Assembly: GCA_947311125.1 (NCBI GenBank)
Contig: CAMZKI010000048.1
Coordinates: forward strand, 1-48,976
Source: an uncultured Chlorobiota bacterium
GTDB lineage: Bacteria > Bacteroidota > Bacteroidia > Bacteroidales > JAADGE01
DNA length: 48,976 nucleotides
Direction of reading: 5' to 3'
In this document: positions 7,707-17,172 of the stretch, one piece after another
Layout of the letters: each line of letters starts with the position of its first letter
Numbering within the stretch: the stretch's first letter is position 1
Notes under the pieces: generated by a model
Databases searched by the model: none
The model's input: the letters and a program-made list of their open reading frames with translations, nothing else
What the model was told of the DNA's origin: nothing
Program-made: the position numbers and the translations under genes

Positions 7707-10277
7707 TTATCCGCATTTAGAGTATCCGCACGACTGACATTTCAGACAACCCTCTTCATAAACCAAAGAATCCGAACCGCACTCCTGACAAACAGAACCT
7801 TTTTTGGCTTTTGTTCCGTCGGGAATATAAATTTTCAAGGCTCTTTCAATGCCTTTTTTCCAAGTGTTTATTGTGTCTGTTTCAAAATGTAAGGACGAAA
7901 TTAAATTAACGGCATGCTCGATAGGCATTCCGTGGCGCAAAACTCCGGAAATTAATTTGGCATAATTCCAAAATTCAGGATTAAATTTATATGATAAGCC
8001 TTCAATTGTAATATTAAATCCGAATTTGTTTTTATATCTGAAGTCATATCTTTTACTTCCGTCCTCAAAACGGTGTTTAATAATCTCTCCTTTTGAAACA
8101 GATTTAGGAACAGGTAAAGCATCTTCTTCGGTTCTTCCGGAAAAAATTTCGTAAGGCTTACCGTCTTTCAGTCCTACAAAAGCTATCCACTCTTCATCAT
8201 TATTGTTAAACCTTACGACATCAGCCTCTAAAACAGCCGGTCGTTTTTCATGTTTTTGTTCTTTTTGAGCCTTCTTATTATCGGCGGAAATTAAAACACC
8301 GTCGCGAGAGCCGTCTCTGTATACCGTTACGCCCTTACATCCGCTTTTCCATGCTTCAAGATAAACATCTCCGACTAAATCAACAGAAACATCTTTGGGT
8401 AAATTCACTGTAACACTTATTGAATGGTCAACCCATTTTTGCACTTTTCCTTGCAACTGAACTTTTTTAATCCAGTCAACATCGTTTGATGTTGCTTTAT
8501 AATACGGAGATTGTTTTACAAGTTCCAGGATTTTATCACTATCGAATGTTTTTGCTTCTTCAGTATCTATCCCGTTTACCTCCATCCATTTAAGAAAGTT
8601 ATGATGAAAAACATTGTATTCTTCCCATGCGTCTCCGGTTTCGTCAGTGAAACTTATATTTACATTTTTATCGTTAGGGTTTACTTTTCTGCGTCTTTTA
8701 TAAAAGGGCATAAATACCGGTTCTATTCCGGAAGTTGTTTTTGTCATAATACTGGTGGAGCCTGTAGGAGCAATAGTCAGCAGAGATATGTTTCTTCTTC
8801 CGTGTTTTACCATTTCCTCATAAAGTTCTGCGTCCGCTTCTTTTATTCTGTTAATAAACGGGTTATTTTTTTCTTTTTCGGTATTGTATATTTTAAAAGC
8901 TCCTCTTTCTTTTGCCATTTCAACAGATGAACGATATGCTTCAAGGGCTAATGTTTTATGAACCAGAACGGAAAAATCTGTTGCATTATCGCTGCCGTAT
9001 TGCAAGTTTAAAGCTGCAAGCATATCCCCTTCGGCAGTAATTCCGACGCCGGTTCTTCTTCCTAGTTCTGCTTTATTTTTAATATTTTCCCAAAGTCGTT
9101 TTTCCGTCAGTTTAATTTCTTCTTTTTCCGGATCGTTATTTATTTTTTCAATAATCTTATCAATTTTTTCAAGCTCTAAGTCTATAATATCATCCATTAT
9201 TCTTTGGGCATAACGAACATGTGTTTTAAATTTGTCAAAATTAAATACCGCAGTTTCTGTAAACGGGTTTTCAACATAAGAAAATAAGTTTATTGCAAGC
9301 AAGCGACAACTGTCATACGGACAAAGCGGAATTTCTCCGCACGGATTTGTAGATACGGTTTTGAATCCTTGGTCTGCATAACTGTCTGCAACAGACTCTT
9401 CTATAACGGTATCCCAAAATAATATTCCCGGTTCGGCAGATTTCCATGCATTATGTATAATTTTTTTCCAAAGTTTTCGGGGGTCAATTATTTTTTTAAT
9501 TTTAGGATTGTCAGAATCAACCGGAAATTGTTGCAGATAGGGTTTATTTTCAATAACAGCCCGCATAAATTCATTGTCTATTTTAACCGACACATTAGCC
9601 CCCGTTATTTTCCCTGATTCTAATTTTGCATCTATAAAATGTTCCGCATCAGGATGTTTTATTGATATTGACAGCATTAATGCCCCTCTTCTGCCGTCTT
9701 GAGCAACTTCTCTTGTTGAGTTGGAATATCTCTCCATAAAGGGAACTACTCCTGTTGATGTTAATGCACTGTTGCTTACCGGGCTCCCTCCCGGGCGAAT
9801 ATGAGAAAGGTCGTGTCCTACACCACCCCTTCTTTTCATCAACTGCACCTGTTCTTGGTCTGTTTTTAATATTCCTCCGTATGAATCAGCCGGCTCGTCA
9901 TCTCCTATAACAAAACAATTTGATAAAGAAACTGTTTGAAAGTTATTTCCTATTCCGGACATCGGGCTGCCGGCAGGAACAATATATTTGAAGTTTTTTA
10001 TTAAGTTATATATTTTTTCCTCGCTTAACGGATTGGGATATTTTTGCTCTATTCTCGCAATCTCTTTTGCTATTCTGCGGTGCATTTCTTCCGGGGTTTT
10101 TTCGTAAATATTTCCGAAAGAATCTTTAAGGGCATATTTAGTTGCCCAAACACGGGCAGCTAACTCGTCACCGTTAAAATATTTCAGGGCATAAGGAAGA
10201 ATTTCTTCATATGTAAAGCCCTTTTTTTCTTTTTCAGACACAGGGCTGAAAGCTGTAGTTTTATCTTTTACTTGCAT
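7707..10277 (-). CDS. nrdJ: Class II (adenosylcobalamin-dependent) ribonucleotide reductase
   Basis: 856-aa ORF with no ATP-cone. Motifs: ELAARVWATKYALKD N-terminus, active-site TNPCGEIPL, and a C-terminal Cys-rich zinc ribbon CQECGS...CLKCQSCG. Confidence 0.9.
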   Translation of the reverse strand: MQVKDKTTAFSPVSEKEKKGFTYEEILPYALKYFNGDELAARVWATKYALKDSFGNIYEKTPEEMHRRIAKEIARIEQKYPNPLSEEKIYNLIKNFKYIVPAGSPMSGIGNNFQTVSLSNCFVIGDDEPADSYGGILKTDQEQVQLMKRRGGVGHDLSHIRPGGSPVSNSALTSTGVVPFMERYSNSTREVAQDGRRGALMLSISIKHPDAEHFIDAKLESGKITGANVSVKIDNEFMRAVIENKPYLQQFPVDSDNPKIKKIIDPRKLWKKIIHNAWKSAEPGILFWDTVIEESVADSYADQGFKTVSTNPCGEIPLCPYDSCRLLAINLFSYVENPFTETAVFNFDKFKTHVRYAQRIMDDIIDLELEKIDKIIEKINNDPEKEEIKLTEKRLWENIKNKAELGRRTGVGITAEGDMLAALNLQYGSDNATDFSVLVHKTLALEAYRSSVEMAKERGAFKIYNTEKEKNNPFINRIKEADAELYEEMVKHGRRNISLLTIAPTGSTSIMTKTTSGIEPVFMPFYKRRRKVNPNDKNVNISFTDETGDAWEEYNVFHHNFLKWMEVNGIDTEEAKTFDSDKILELVKQSPYYKATSNDVDWIKKVQLQGKVQKWVDHSISVTVNLPKDVSVDLVGDVYLEAWKSGCKGVTVYRDGSRDGVLISADNKKAQKEQKHEKRPAVLEADVVRFNNNDEEWIAFVGLKDGKPYEIFSGRTEEDALPVPKSVSKGEIIKHRFEDGSKRYDFRYKNKFGFNITIEGLSYKFNPEFWNYAKLISGVLRHGMPIEHAVNLISSLHFETDTINTWKKGIERALKIYIPDGTKAKKGSVCQECGSDSLVYEEGCLKCQSCGYSKCG

Positions 10278-10315
10278 ACTAACTTAAATAAAAATATGGG
10301 TGAAAATGGTAAGAA

Positions 10316-10323
10316 CAAAAATA
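10316..10323 (-). promoter_or_regulatory. Candidate TAnnTTTG -7 box for nrdJ (minus strand)
   Basis: The minus strand reads TATTTTTG, about 39 nt upstream of the nrdJ ATG. Confidence 0.3.
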
Positions 10324-10514
10324 TATCAAATAAAAGAAGATTAAAAGCCCGCCTTTTAAAACCCGTTGTTTAAAAAGTTGATATACAAACAATAAATATG
10401 TTAATAACTTTATATTTAAATTAAACCGTAAAAAAATTTGCTTGAAACAAATATCATTAAACCTTTCACACACAGTATTTTGCCCGATAAAAATAACAGA
10501 CACAAAAGTCTTTT

Positions 10515-11471
10515 TTATTGCTTTCCAAACTTTTCTCTGACACCGTTAAGCATTACTTGAGTAAGCTCTTTTATATCAAACTTTGTTTCCAAGCCCCAAT
10601 CTTTTTGTGCAACCGAGTCGTCTATACTTTGCGGCCAAGAATCAGCTATAGGCTGACGAAAATCGGGCTTGTAAGATATTTCAAAGTCCGGAATATGTTT
10701 TTTAATTCCATCTGCAATTTGCTTCGGGGTAAAACTTATTCCCCCGACATTATAGCTTGATTTTACGCTTATCTTTTCTTTCGGAGCCTGCATTAGTTTA
10801 ATCGTTGCTTCAACAGCATCTTGCATAAACATCATCGGAAGTGCTGTATCTTCTTTTAAGAAACATTCGTATTGCTTTTTTCTTACGGCATCATAAAATA
10901 TTTCAACGGCATAATCTGTTGTTCCGCCTCCGGCTTCTGTTTTATAACTAATAAGTCCGGGATAACGAATACTCCTGATATCTAAATTGTATCGAGTGTT
11001 AAAATATTCACACCAGCGTTCTCCTGCCAACTTGCTTATACCGTAAACTGTAGAAGGTTCTGTAATTGTAAGCTGGGGAGTATTTTGTTTTGGGGTTGTC
11101 GGTCCGAATACTGCTATTGAACTCGGCCAAAAAACACGATGCACGTCTTCTACAACTTTAGTCAGGTCCAGAATATTAAGCAAGCTTTGCATATTTATGT
11201 GCCAAGCCTGCAAGGGTAATTTTTCCGCATTTCCGGAAAGAACGGCTGCTAAGTGGTAAATCTGTGTTATCTTATGGCGGATAACAAAATGAATTAGTCT
11301 TTTGTCATCCATAACATCAAGAATTGCCGACGGTCCCGTATTCTTAATGTCTTGAGGGACATCTTTTATATCCGTTGCAAAAACATGTTCGTTTCCGTAA
11401 ACTTTTCGAAGAGCAATTGTAAGCTCAGAACCGATTTGACCGGCTGCACCTATTACTAATATATTTTCCAT
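10515..11471 (-). CDS. Epimerase/dehydratase-fold SDR, probably NAD-dependent L-threonine 3-dehydrogenase
   Basis: N-terminal ILVIGAAGQIGSEL Rossmann motif, a YGISK catalytic Y-x3-K, and ~318 aa. The overall pattern resembles SDR-type threonine dehydrogenases of Flavobacteria. Confidence 0.7.
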   Translation of the reverse strand: MENILVIGAAGQIGSELTIALRKVYGNEHVFATDIKDVPQDIKNTGPSAILDVMDDKRLIHFVIRHKITQIYHLAAVLSGNAEKLPLQAWHINMQSLLNILDLTKVVEDVHRVFWPSSIAVFGPTTPKQNTPQLTITEPSTVYGISKLAGERWCEYFNTRYNLDIRSIRYPGLISYKTEAGGGTTDYAVEIFYDAVRKKQYECFLKEDTALPMMFMQDAVEATIKLMQAPKEKISVKSSYNVGGISFTPKQIADGIKKHIPDFEISYKPDFRQPIADSWPQSIDDSVAQKDWGLETKFDIKELTQVMLNGVREKFGKQ

Positions 11472-11491
11472 AAAATCGTAAAAATTTTGCT

Positions 11492-11499
11492 CAAATTTA
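11492..11499 (-). promoter_or_regulatory. Candidate TAnnTTTG -7 box for the SDR gene (minus strand)
   Basis: The minus strand reads TAAATTTG, 21 nt upstream of the ATG at 11471. Confidence 0.35.
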
Positions 11500-11596
11500 C
11501 GGTTTTAAGAATAAAAAAGCACAAAATTTTGCAATTATTATTGCTGTTATTAAAAATGTTTTTATCTTTAAAAAGTTAAAATAAAAAACAAACATT

Positions 11597-12055
11597 ATGA
11601 AAAAGAAAATTTTAATTGTTACTGCCGTATTTTTTGCTCTAAGTTTATATTCCGGCAAAGTTCATGCACAAGCATCAAAAATTACAGGTGTGTGGAAAAC
11701 TATTGATGATGAAACAGGAAAAGCAAAATCTTACGTAAAAATTTATAAAGCCAAAAACGGTTTTTATTACGGAAAAATAACTAAGCTCCTTGATAAACCC
11801 CAAGACGAGAAATGTGATAAGTGTAAAGGTGCATTAAAGGATAAACCGATTGTAGGGATGGTAATTTTATTAAAAATGAAAGCAGGAGATGACGGGCTGG
11901 AAGGCGGAAAAATTATGGATCCCGGAAACGGAAAGTTTTACCACTGCACTATGGAGTTAGACGATAAGAATCCGGACAAACTGCATGTACGAGGGTCTCT
12001 CGACAGTTGGGGATGGGCAGGCAGAACTCAGTATTGGTATCGCCTGAAAAAATAA
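11597..12055 (+). CDS. DUF2147 domain-containing secreted protein
   Basis: Signal peptide, then GVWKTIDDETGKAKSYVKIY...GKI...GRTQYWYR, which is characteristic of DUF2147. Confidence 0.8.
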   Translation: MKKKILIVTAVFFALSLYSGKVHAQASKITGVWKTIDDETGKAKSYVKIYKAKNGFYYGKITKLLDKPQDEKCDKCKGALKDKPIVGMVILLKMKAGDDGLEGGKIMDPGNGKFYHCTMELDDKNPDKLHVRGSLDSWGWAGRTQYWYRLKK

Positions 12056-12096
12056 GTACAGGTTAACAAAACATAAAAACACCAAAATAATTACCT

Positions 12097-12129
12097 AAAA
12101 AGCTCAATCTTAGTTGATTGGGCTTTTTT
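12097..12129. terminator. Hairpin terminator between convergent genes
   Basis: Stem AGCTCAATC (12101-12109) / GATTGGGCT (12116-12124) with one G-U pair. An A4 run lies before it and a T6 run after it. Confidence 0.65.
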
Positions 12130-12184
12130 ATAAGATATCGCCGAATTTTACCCGTATGAAACTTTTGCAAGATAGCGGATTAAC

Positions 12185-12667
12185 TTAATTTCCGGAAGAT
12201 TCTCTTAAAATTTCAATCGTTGTTTCAAGGTCTTTAATTCTTTGCTTCAGCATTTCATTTTCTTTTTGTAAAGACTCTAACTTTGTATTTCCCGATTCTG
12301 AACCGGAATTAGCTTTATTTGACACTCCGGTTTCTTCAACAGCAATAACAAAATATTTTGTGTCTCCGAGCCACGGAAATGTTTTGAATCGCTCTTTATA
12401 AGTTAAGTTTACATGCTTCCCCTGTAAGGCTTTTAATTTACTTATTACCTCCGGTTTGTTGTCTTGAACAGAAAAATTCCAAAGCGGCTGCGTTGCTTCT
12501 TGACTTATTTGTCCTTCCCATGTCTTAAAAACAACACCCTTTTTACTGAATTTTACCAATTCTCCGGCTCTGTATCCCTGACTGTAAGAAACAAAATAAA
12601 CAAACGTGTAATATGCTGAAAACACAACAACTATAACTGTAATTGTAATATAAAGAAACTTTTTCAT
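12185..12667 (-). CDS. Membrane-anchored hypothetical protein with a C-terminal coiled coil
   Basis: N-terminal TM segment (LYITITVIVVVFSAYYTFVYF) and a heptad-like C-terminus (LESLQKENEMLKQRIKDLETTIEIL). Function unknown. Confidence 0.55.
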   Translation of the reverse strand: MKKFLYITITVIVVVFSAYYTFVYFVSYSQGYRAGELVKFSKKGVVFKTWEGQISQEATQPLWNFSVQDNKPEVISKLKALQGKHVNLTYKERFKTFPWLGDTKYFVIAVEETGVSNKANSGSESGNTKLESLQKENEMLKQRIKDLETTIEILRESSGN

Positions 12668-12878
12668 TTTAACAGTTTTAGAAATTTATAAATATAATGC
12701 AAAATTAAGTAAAAAAATTTATTTCTCAGCAATAAGGTAAAACCGTTTGAAAAACAAAGAATTACACAGCAAAAAATAAAGGCTTAAACACCTATGCAAA
12801 CGTTTTCGGTAAAATAAATAAAATTAAATGAAACCGCCGGCACAGTTTTTTCGTATAGGCTAATAAAAGAACAAGGTA

Positions 12879-13739
12879 TTGAAAAAACGATTACTCATCA
12901 TATATGCTTTAATATTCGGCTTTTTCTTTATTTCCGAAGCACAAAGTTTTGAAATTTTTGCCGGAGATACAGTAAATGTTATTGATAAGAACGACTTTAA
13001 GCAAGGATATTGGATTAATCACAAACCTTTTTGTGAGGAGAAAATATCGGAAGGAAATTATGTTGACGGAAAAAAAGAAGGTATTTGGAGGTCTTACTAT
13101 ACCGACGGAAGTCTTAAATCAGAAATAACATACGTACACGGGAAAAAATACGGACTTGCAAAAACGTATTTCGAAAACGGAAATATTGCGGAAGAAGGGG
13201 TTTGGCTTGAAGATAAATGGGTAAATAAATATAAAGCCTATTACAGAAACGGAAAACTTTCTTACGTGTGGAACTATAACGAATACGGAACACGCTCCGG
13301 CTACCAAAAATATTATTACGAAAACGGAAATTTAAAAATTGAAGGGGGGTGGGTTGACGGAAAAGAAAACGGAATAATAAGGGAATATTACGAAGACGGA
13401 TCTTTGAGGTGTGAAAAAATTTTTCATAACGGAAAAACAGGAAAAGATTCAATAACAATATATGAAATAAAAGAGAAGGTAATTTTGTCGGACAGCACAG
13501 AAAATGATATTGAAAAAGACAGTGTTACTTCTCACTTTACGGAACAAGACAGTTTAGGAATTTTTCAGGGAAACGGGTATCATATTTTCTATAACAAAGT
13601 TAAAGATAAAGAAAAAGAAGGCTTTTTTGAGAACGGATATTTAATAGACGGAAAGCAATATTTTTATGATGAAAAAAGAAGATTGGTAAAAACAGCAATC
13701 TATAAAGACGGTAAAATAATTAAAATAATTGATGAGTGA
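12879..13739 (+). CDS. MORN-variant repeat protein (YwqK-family-like), secreted
   Basis: Signal peptide plus repeated Y-x-x-G-x-L-x-x-E-G-x-W-x-x-G-K-x-x-G units (for example YYENGNLKIEGGWVDGKENG). It appears to start at TTG, with no in-frame ATG nearby. Confidence 0.7.
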   Translation: MKKRLLIIYALIFGFFFISEAQSFEIFAGDTVNVIDKNDFKQGYWINHKPFCEEKISEGNYVDGKKEGIWRSYYTDGSLKSEITYVHGKKYGLAKTYFENGNIAEEGVWLEDKWVNKYKAYYRNGKLSYVWNYNEYGTRSGYQKYYYENGNLKIEGGWVDGKENGIIREYYEDGSLRCEKIFHNGKTGKDSITIYEIKEKVILSDSTENDIEKDSVTSHFTEQDSLGIFQGNGYHIFYNKVKDKEKEGFFENGYLIDGKQYFYDEKRRLVKTAIYKDGKIIKIIDE

Positions 13740-13756
13740 AAAGAGGTAAATAAGCG

Positions 13757-13790
13757 AAGAACCGACAGAAATGTCGGTTCTTTTATTTTT
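13757..13790. terminator. Hairpin terminator between convergent genes
   Basis: Stem GAACCGACA (13759-13767) / TGTCGGTTC (13772-13780) with a GAAA loop, followed by TTTTATTTTT. Confidence 0.75.
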
Positions 13791-13808
13791 AAAAAGACTG
13801 AGATGAAA

Positions 13809-14756
13809 TTAAGACTTTATTTCTTGTTTTTTTGTTCGTTTTGCCCACCAAGTGCTTAACAAAAGCCCGGATGCTATATGCCAAATACCCCACATTGCAG
13901 CAATAAATGCAATACCGCCGTACCCGTCAGGGAAAATATGCTTATTAAAAATCAAAACCAAAGCAATACCTGAGTTTTGTATACCTGTTTCTATCGTAAT
14001 GGTTTTTCTGTCCAAAATCGACAAAAAAGAAGCTCTTGCAATAGCATTCCCCGTTCCGAAAGCAATTATATTATGAAAGAAAACAATAGGCAGAAGAAGA
14101 ATAAAATAATTCATAAAATGAGCAAAATTTGCAATTACTGCGCCTGCGATAAAACCAAGAAATGCAACAACTGATACCCACTTCACGGGTTTAAATATTT
14201 TCTCTGTCAGTTTCGGAAATCTTCTTGCAAACCAAAGACCTGCAGTTAAAGGAATACCCATTAAAATTATGATAGTCTGAAATACGTGCTGCCACGGAAT
14301 TTCAATCGGATTTGCCAAAGGCAGCGTATTTATATACAGTTCTCCCCAAAAAACAAAGTTTAACGGTGTCATTATTATTGACAATAAATCAGAAAAAGCC
14401 GTCAGCGTTACGGACAGTGCTGTGTTGCCTTTTGCCAATGATGTCATAAAGTTAGAAACATTACCGCCGGGACAGGAGGCTACCAACAACATTCCCAGAG
14501 AAATTGAAACCGGAAATTTAAGTAAAATAACCAGTAAATAAGTTATAGCCGGAAGCAGCAAAAATTGTGCTATAAGTCCGATAATAACCGATTTCGGATT
14601 TTTTGATATTTGAAGAAAATGTTCTCGTTTTATTCCGAGGGCAACACCAAACATAACAAAAGCTATGGTAATATTCATTGCAGTTAAGCCGGCTTCGTTA
14701 AAGTTAAGCCTTATTGAGTCTAAGGGTAATAGCAGGGAGTTGTATTTTTCAAACAT
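13809..14756 (-). CDS. Bile acid:sodium symporter (BASS/SBF) family transporter
   Basis: 315-aa polytopic protein with a BASS-like pattern (LLVASCPGGNVSNFMT, ETGIQNSGIALVL). Confidence 0.8.
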   Translation of the reverse strand: MFEKYNSLLLPLDSIRLNFNEAGLTAMNITIAFVMFGVALGIKREHFLQISKNPKSVIIGLIAQFLLLPAITYLLVILLKFPVSISLGMLLVASCPGGNVSNFMTSLAKGNTALSVTLTAFSDLLSIIMTPLNFVFWGELYINTLPLANPIEIPWQHVFQTIIILMGIPLTAGLWFARRFPKLTEKIFKPVKWVSVVAFLGFIAGAVIANFAHFMNYFILLLPIVFFHNIIAFGTGNAIARASFLSILDRKTITIETGIQNSGIALVLIFNKHIFPDGYGGIAFIAAMWGIWHIASGLLLSTWWAKRTKKQEIKS

Positions 14757-14795
14757 ATCTTTTAAATAATTGCCTGCTAAAATAACAACTATTTT

Positions 14796-15257
14796 TTATT
14801 TCTCTAATAATTGTAAAATTAAATCGGGTTCAAAGCCTTTCGACGCTGCAAATCTTATCAGCTTTTGTTTTTTCTTATACTTGTCTTCATCTTTTATGCG
14901 GTGCTGCTTTTGTTTTAAGATATATTTAAGTGTTTCTCTGTATTTTTTTTCGGAAATTTGGTCTAATGCTTCCTCAATTAACTTTTCGGGTATTTTTTTT
15001 TGAACAAGCATCGTTCTTATTTTAATCTTTCCCCATTTGTTAAATTCAAATTTATCTCTTACATAATATTTTACATAACGCTCTTCATCTATAAATTTTT
15101 GCTTTTCAAGTTCGTTTATAATTTTATCGTGTTCTGCAGGATTAGCTTTCCAGTCATATAGCTTTTTACTGATATCCGATTTACACTTTTCTGCCTTACT
15201 GCACAGATACATTGCTTTGTTCAGAGCTTTCTGATATGAAATATATTTTTGCTGCAT
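14796..15257 (-). CDS. recX: Regulatory protein RecX
   Basis: 153 aa with three-helix-repeat character (ALNKAMYLCSKAEKCKSDISKKLYDW, FIDEERYVKYYVRDKFEFNKWGKIKI). Confidence 0.8.
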   Translation of the reverse strand: MQQKYISYQKALNKAMYLCSKAEKCKSDISKKLYDWKANPAEHDKIINELEKQKFIDEERYVKYYVRDKFEFNKWGKIKIRTMLVQKKIPEKLIEEALDQISEKKYRETLKYILKQKQHRIKDEDKYKKKQKLIRFAASKGFEPDLILQLLEK

Positions 15258-15259
15258 TT

Positions 15260-17152
15260 TTATTCAACAACGGCATTTTTGCTCATTATCAGATGATTAT
15301 ATTTTTCAGAAGGAGATGAAATAAACTCGCCTATGCCGTATTCTCCCCATTTTTTATCAACAAGCTTTATTGTTTCCTTATCGGAAGTTACAATATCCGG
15401 CCAATCTCTTTTAAAATTGTCAATATCTGCACGTTTTCGAGTTCCGTCGATAACGAGGTGCGATATTTCGTTTTCGGATGAAAAAATATAGCAATCACGC
15501 ATCGGTTCAATATTATTTGCAAAAATCCAGGTTGTTTGTTCAATATCAAAAACATTTACGGGAAAATCAAGAAAAATCAAAAATTTAATCTTTCGAACTC
15601 CCTCTTCTTGAACAAGTTGCTCCGCCAACCGTTTAACATGTTGCTTTTTGTTTTTTTCTATCGAAATAAAAAGAAAAGATATGTCGTCTTTCAGCAATTC
15701 ATCATTAATTTCCTTTATTTCCGGATATTTCTTTTTCAATTGAAGAATATCGATTTCAACTGTTTTCAGATTTATTTTCAGGTTTTCCCTTTCCGATTTT
15801 TCCTCATCGTATTTTTTTGAAGCATCAATGCCGAGTTTGCTGCCGTAAGCAAATTTGCTTGATGAATGGTCGAGAACATCCAAAGGTCCTTTCATAAACA
15901 AAATATCATTTTCGGGATTTACGTTTTCGGAAAATATTTTTGCCGCCTGCTTGTAGTCGGAAATTTGAACATTTTCATCTAAAACAACAAGCATTTTATT
16001 AAACATCATTTGCCCTGCACCCCACAACGAACTCATTACCTTTTGTGCATGCCCCGAAAATGATTTTTTAATGCTTACCAGCGTAAGGTTGTGAGCAACT
16101 CCGGCATCGGGAATATTCATATCTGTCATTTCCGGAAGCATTGTCAGTTTTATGGGAGCCAAAAAAATGCGTTCCGTAGCACGAGCAATATAAGCGTCTT
16201 CCATCGGCGGAATGCCGACCACGGTTGCCGGATAAACGGCATTTTTTTTATGTGTTATACAGGTTACATGAAATTTAGGATACCAATCCGGCAAGGAAAA
16301 AAATCCGGTATGATCGCCGAAAGGTCCTTCCCAAATAAAGTCTTCGGCAGGGTCAATATAGCCCTCAATAATGATGTCAGCTTCCGCCGGAACTTCAATA
16401 TCTTGTGTTATTGCTTTTACCAATTTTACTTTTTCTTTACGAAGAAATCCGGCAAGCATATATTCGTCAATATTATCGGGCAATGGTGCCGTTGCGGCGT
16501 ATGTTAAAACAGGATGCCCGCCGAGAGCAACAGCAATCGGCATTTTTTTTCCGAGTTTTTTATATTCCGAAAAATGCCTTGCTCCTACTTTATGCTTATG
16601 CCAGTGCATTCCGGTAAGGTTTTTACCAAAAATTTGCATACGGTACATCCCGACATTTCGTATTCCGGAAACAGGGTCTTTTGTAATAACTTGCGGAAAT
16701 GTTATAAATTTTCCGCCGTCGCGGCTCCACGTTTTTAATATCGGCAGTATTGATAAATCAGGATTTTTATGTATAATTTCCTGCGATTTTCCGTTTCCGG
16801 AAATTGTTTTAGGCATATATGACGAAATTGAAGCTAATTCCGGCAGCATTTTTAACTTATCGAAAAAACCTTTTTTGGGTGAAGTAATATTTTTAAACAT
16901 TGCCTCTAATTCTTCGCCTATTTCGTTGAAATTATTGACGTTAATGGCAATCTTCATTCTTTTTTCTGAGCCGAGAGCATTTATTAAAACAGGGAAATCG
17001 GTTCCGTTATTTTCAAAAAGTAATGCTTTCCCTCCGTTTTTTGATTTTGACATACGGTCAGCAATTTCGGCAATTTCGAGTTCGGTGTTTACTTTTGTCT
17101 TTATTCGGATAAGTTCGCCTGCTTGTTCGATTTTATTTATAAAGTTTTGCAT
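15260..17152 (-). CDS. UbiD-family (prenyl-FMN-dependent) decarboxylase, probably in menaquinone biosynthesis
   Basis: GGKFITFPQVITKDPVSGIRNVGMYRMQI, HWHKHKVGARHF and GPFGDHTGFF are UbiD hallmarks. It is 630 aa with a long C-terminal region. Confidence 0.88.
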   Translation of the reverse strand: MQNFINKIEQAGELIRIKTKVNTELEIAEIADRMSKSKNGGKALLFENNGTDFPVLINALGSEKRMKIAINVNNFNEIGEELEAMFKNITSPKKGFFDKLKMLPELASISSYMPKTISGNGKSQEIIHKNPDLSILPILKTWSRDGGKFITFPQVITKDPVSGIRNVGMYRMQIFGKNLTGMHWHKHKVGARHFSEYKKLGKKMPIAVALGGHPVLTYAATAPLPDNIDEYMLAGFLRKEKVKLVKAITQDIEVPAEADIIIEGYIDPAEDFIWEGPFGDHTGFFSLPDWYPKFHVTCITHKKNAVYPATVVGIPPMEDAYIARATERIFLAPIKLTMLPEMTDMNIPDAGVAHNLTLVSIKKSFSGHAQKVMSSLWGAGQMMFNKMLVVLDENVQISDYKQAAKIFSENVNPENDILFMKGPLDVLDHSSSKFAYGSKLGIDASKKYDEEKSERENLKINLKTVEIDILQLKKKYPEIKEINDELLKDDISFLFISIEKNKKQHVKRLAEQLVQEEGVRKIKFLIFLDFPVNVFDIEQTTWIFANNIEPMRDCYIFSSENEISHLVIDGTRKRADIDNFKRDWPDIVTSDKETIKLVDKKWGEYGIGEFISSPSEKYNHLIMSKNAVVE

Positions 17153-17172
17153 TGTTTATTATATTCTTTGGT

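Noticed and set aside
7641-7892. 83-aa plus-strand ORF after the receptor gene
   Set aside because: It spans the strong bidirectional terminator hairpin and the 3' end of nrdJ on the opposite strand, so it is not credible as a gene.
10278-10514. Possible cobalamin riboswitch or NrdR boxes upstream of nrdJ
   Set aside because: The region is very AT-rich with no B12-box-like GC-rich core, no obvious multi-stem structure and no repeated NrdR-type palindromes. Only a candidate -7 promoter box was seen.
15260-15750. The long C-terminal region of the 630-aa UbiD-family protein as a novel fusion
   Set aside because: From memory, Bacteroidota UbiD-type menaquinone decarboxylases are commonly about 600 aa or more. 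Without a database check I cannot claim it is unusual.
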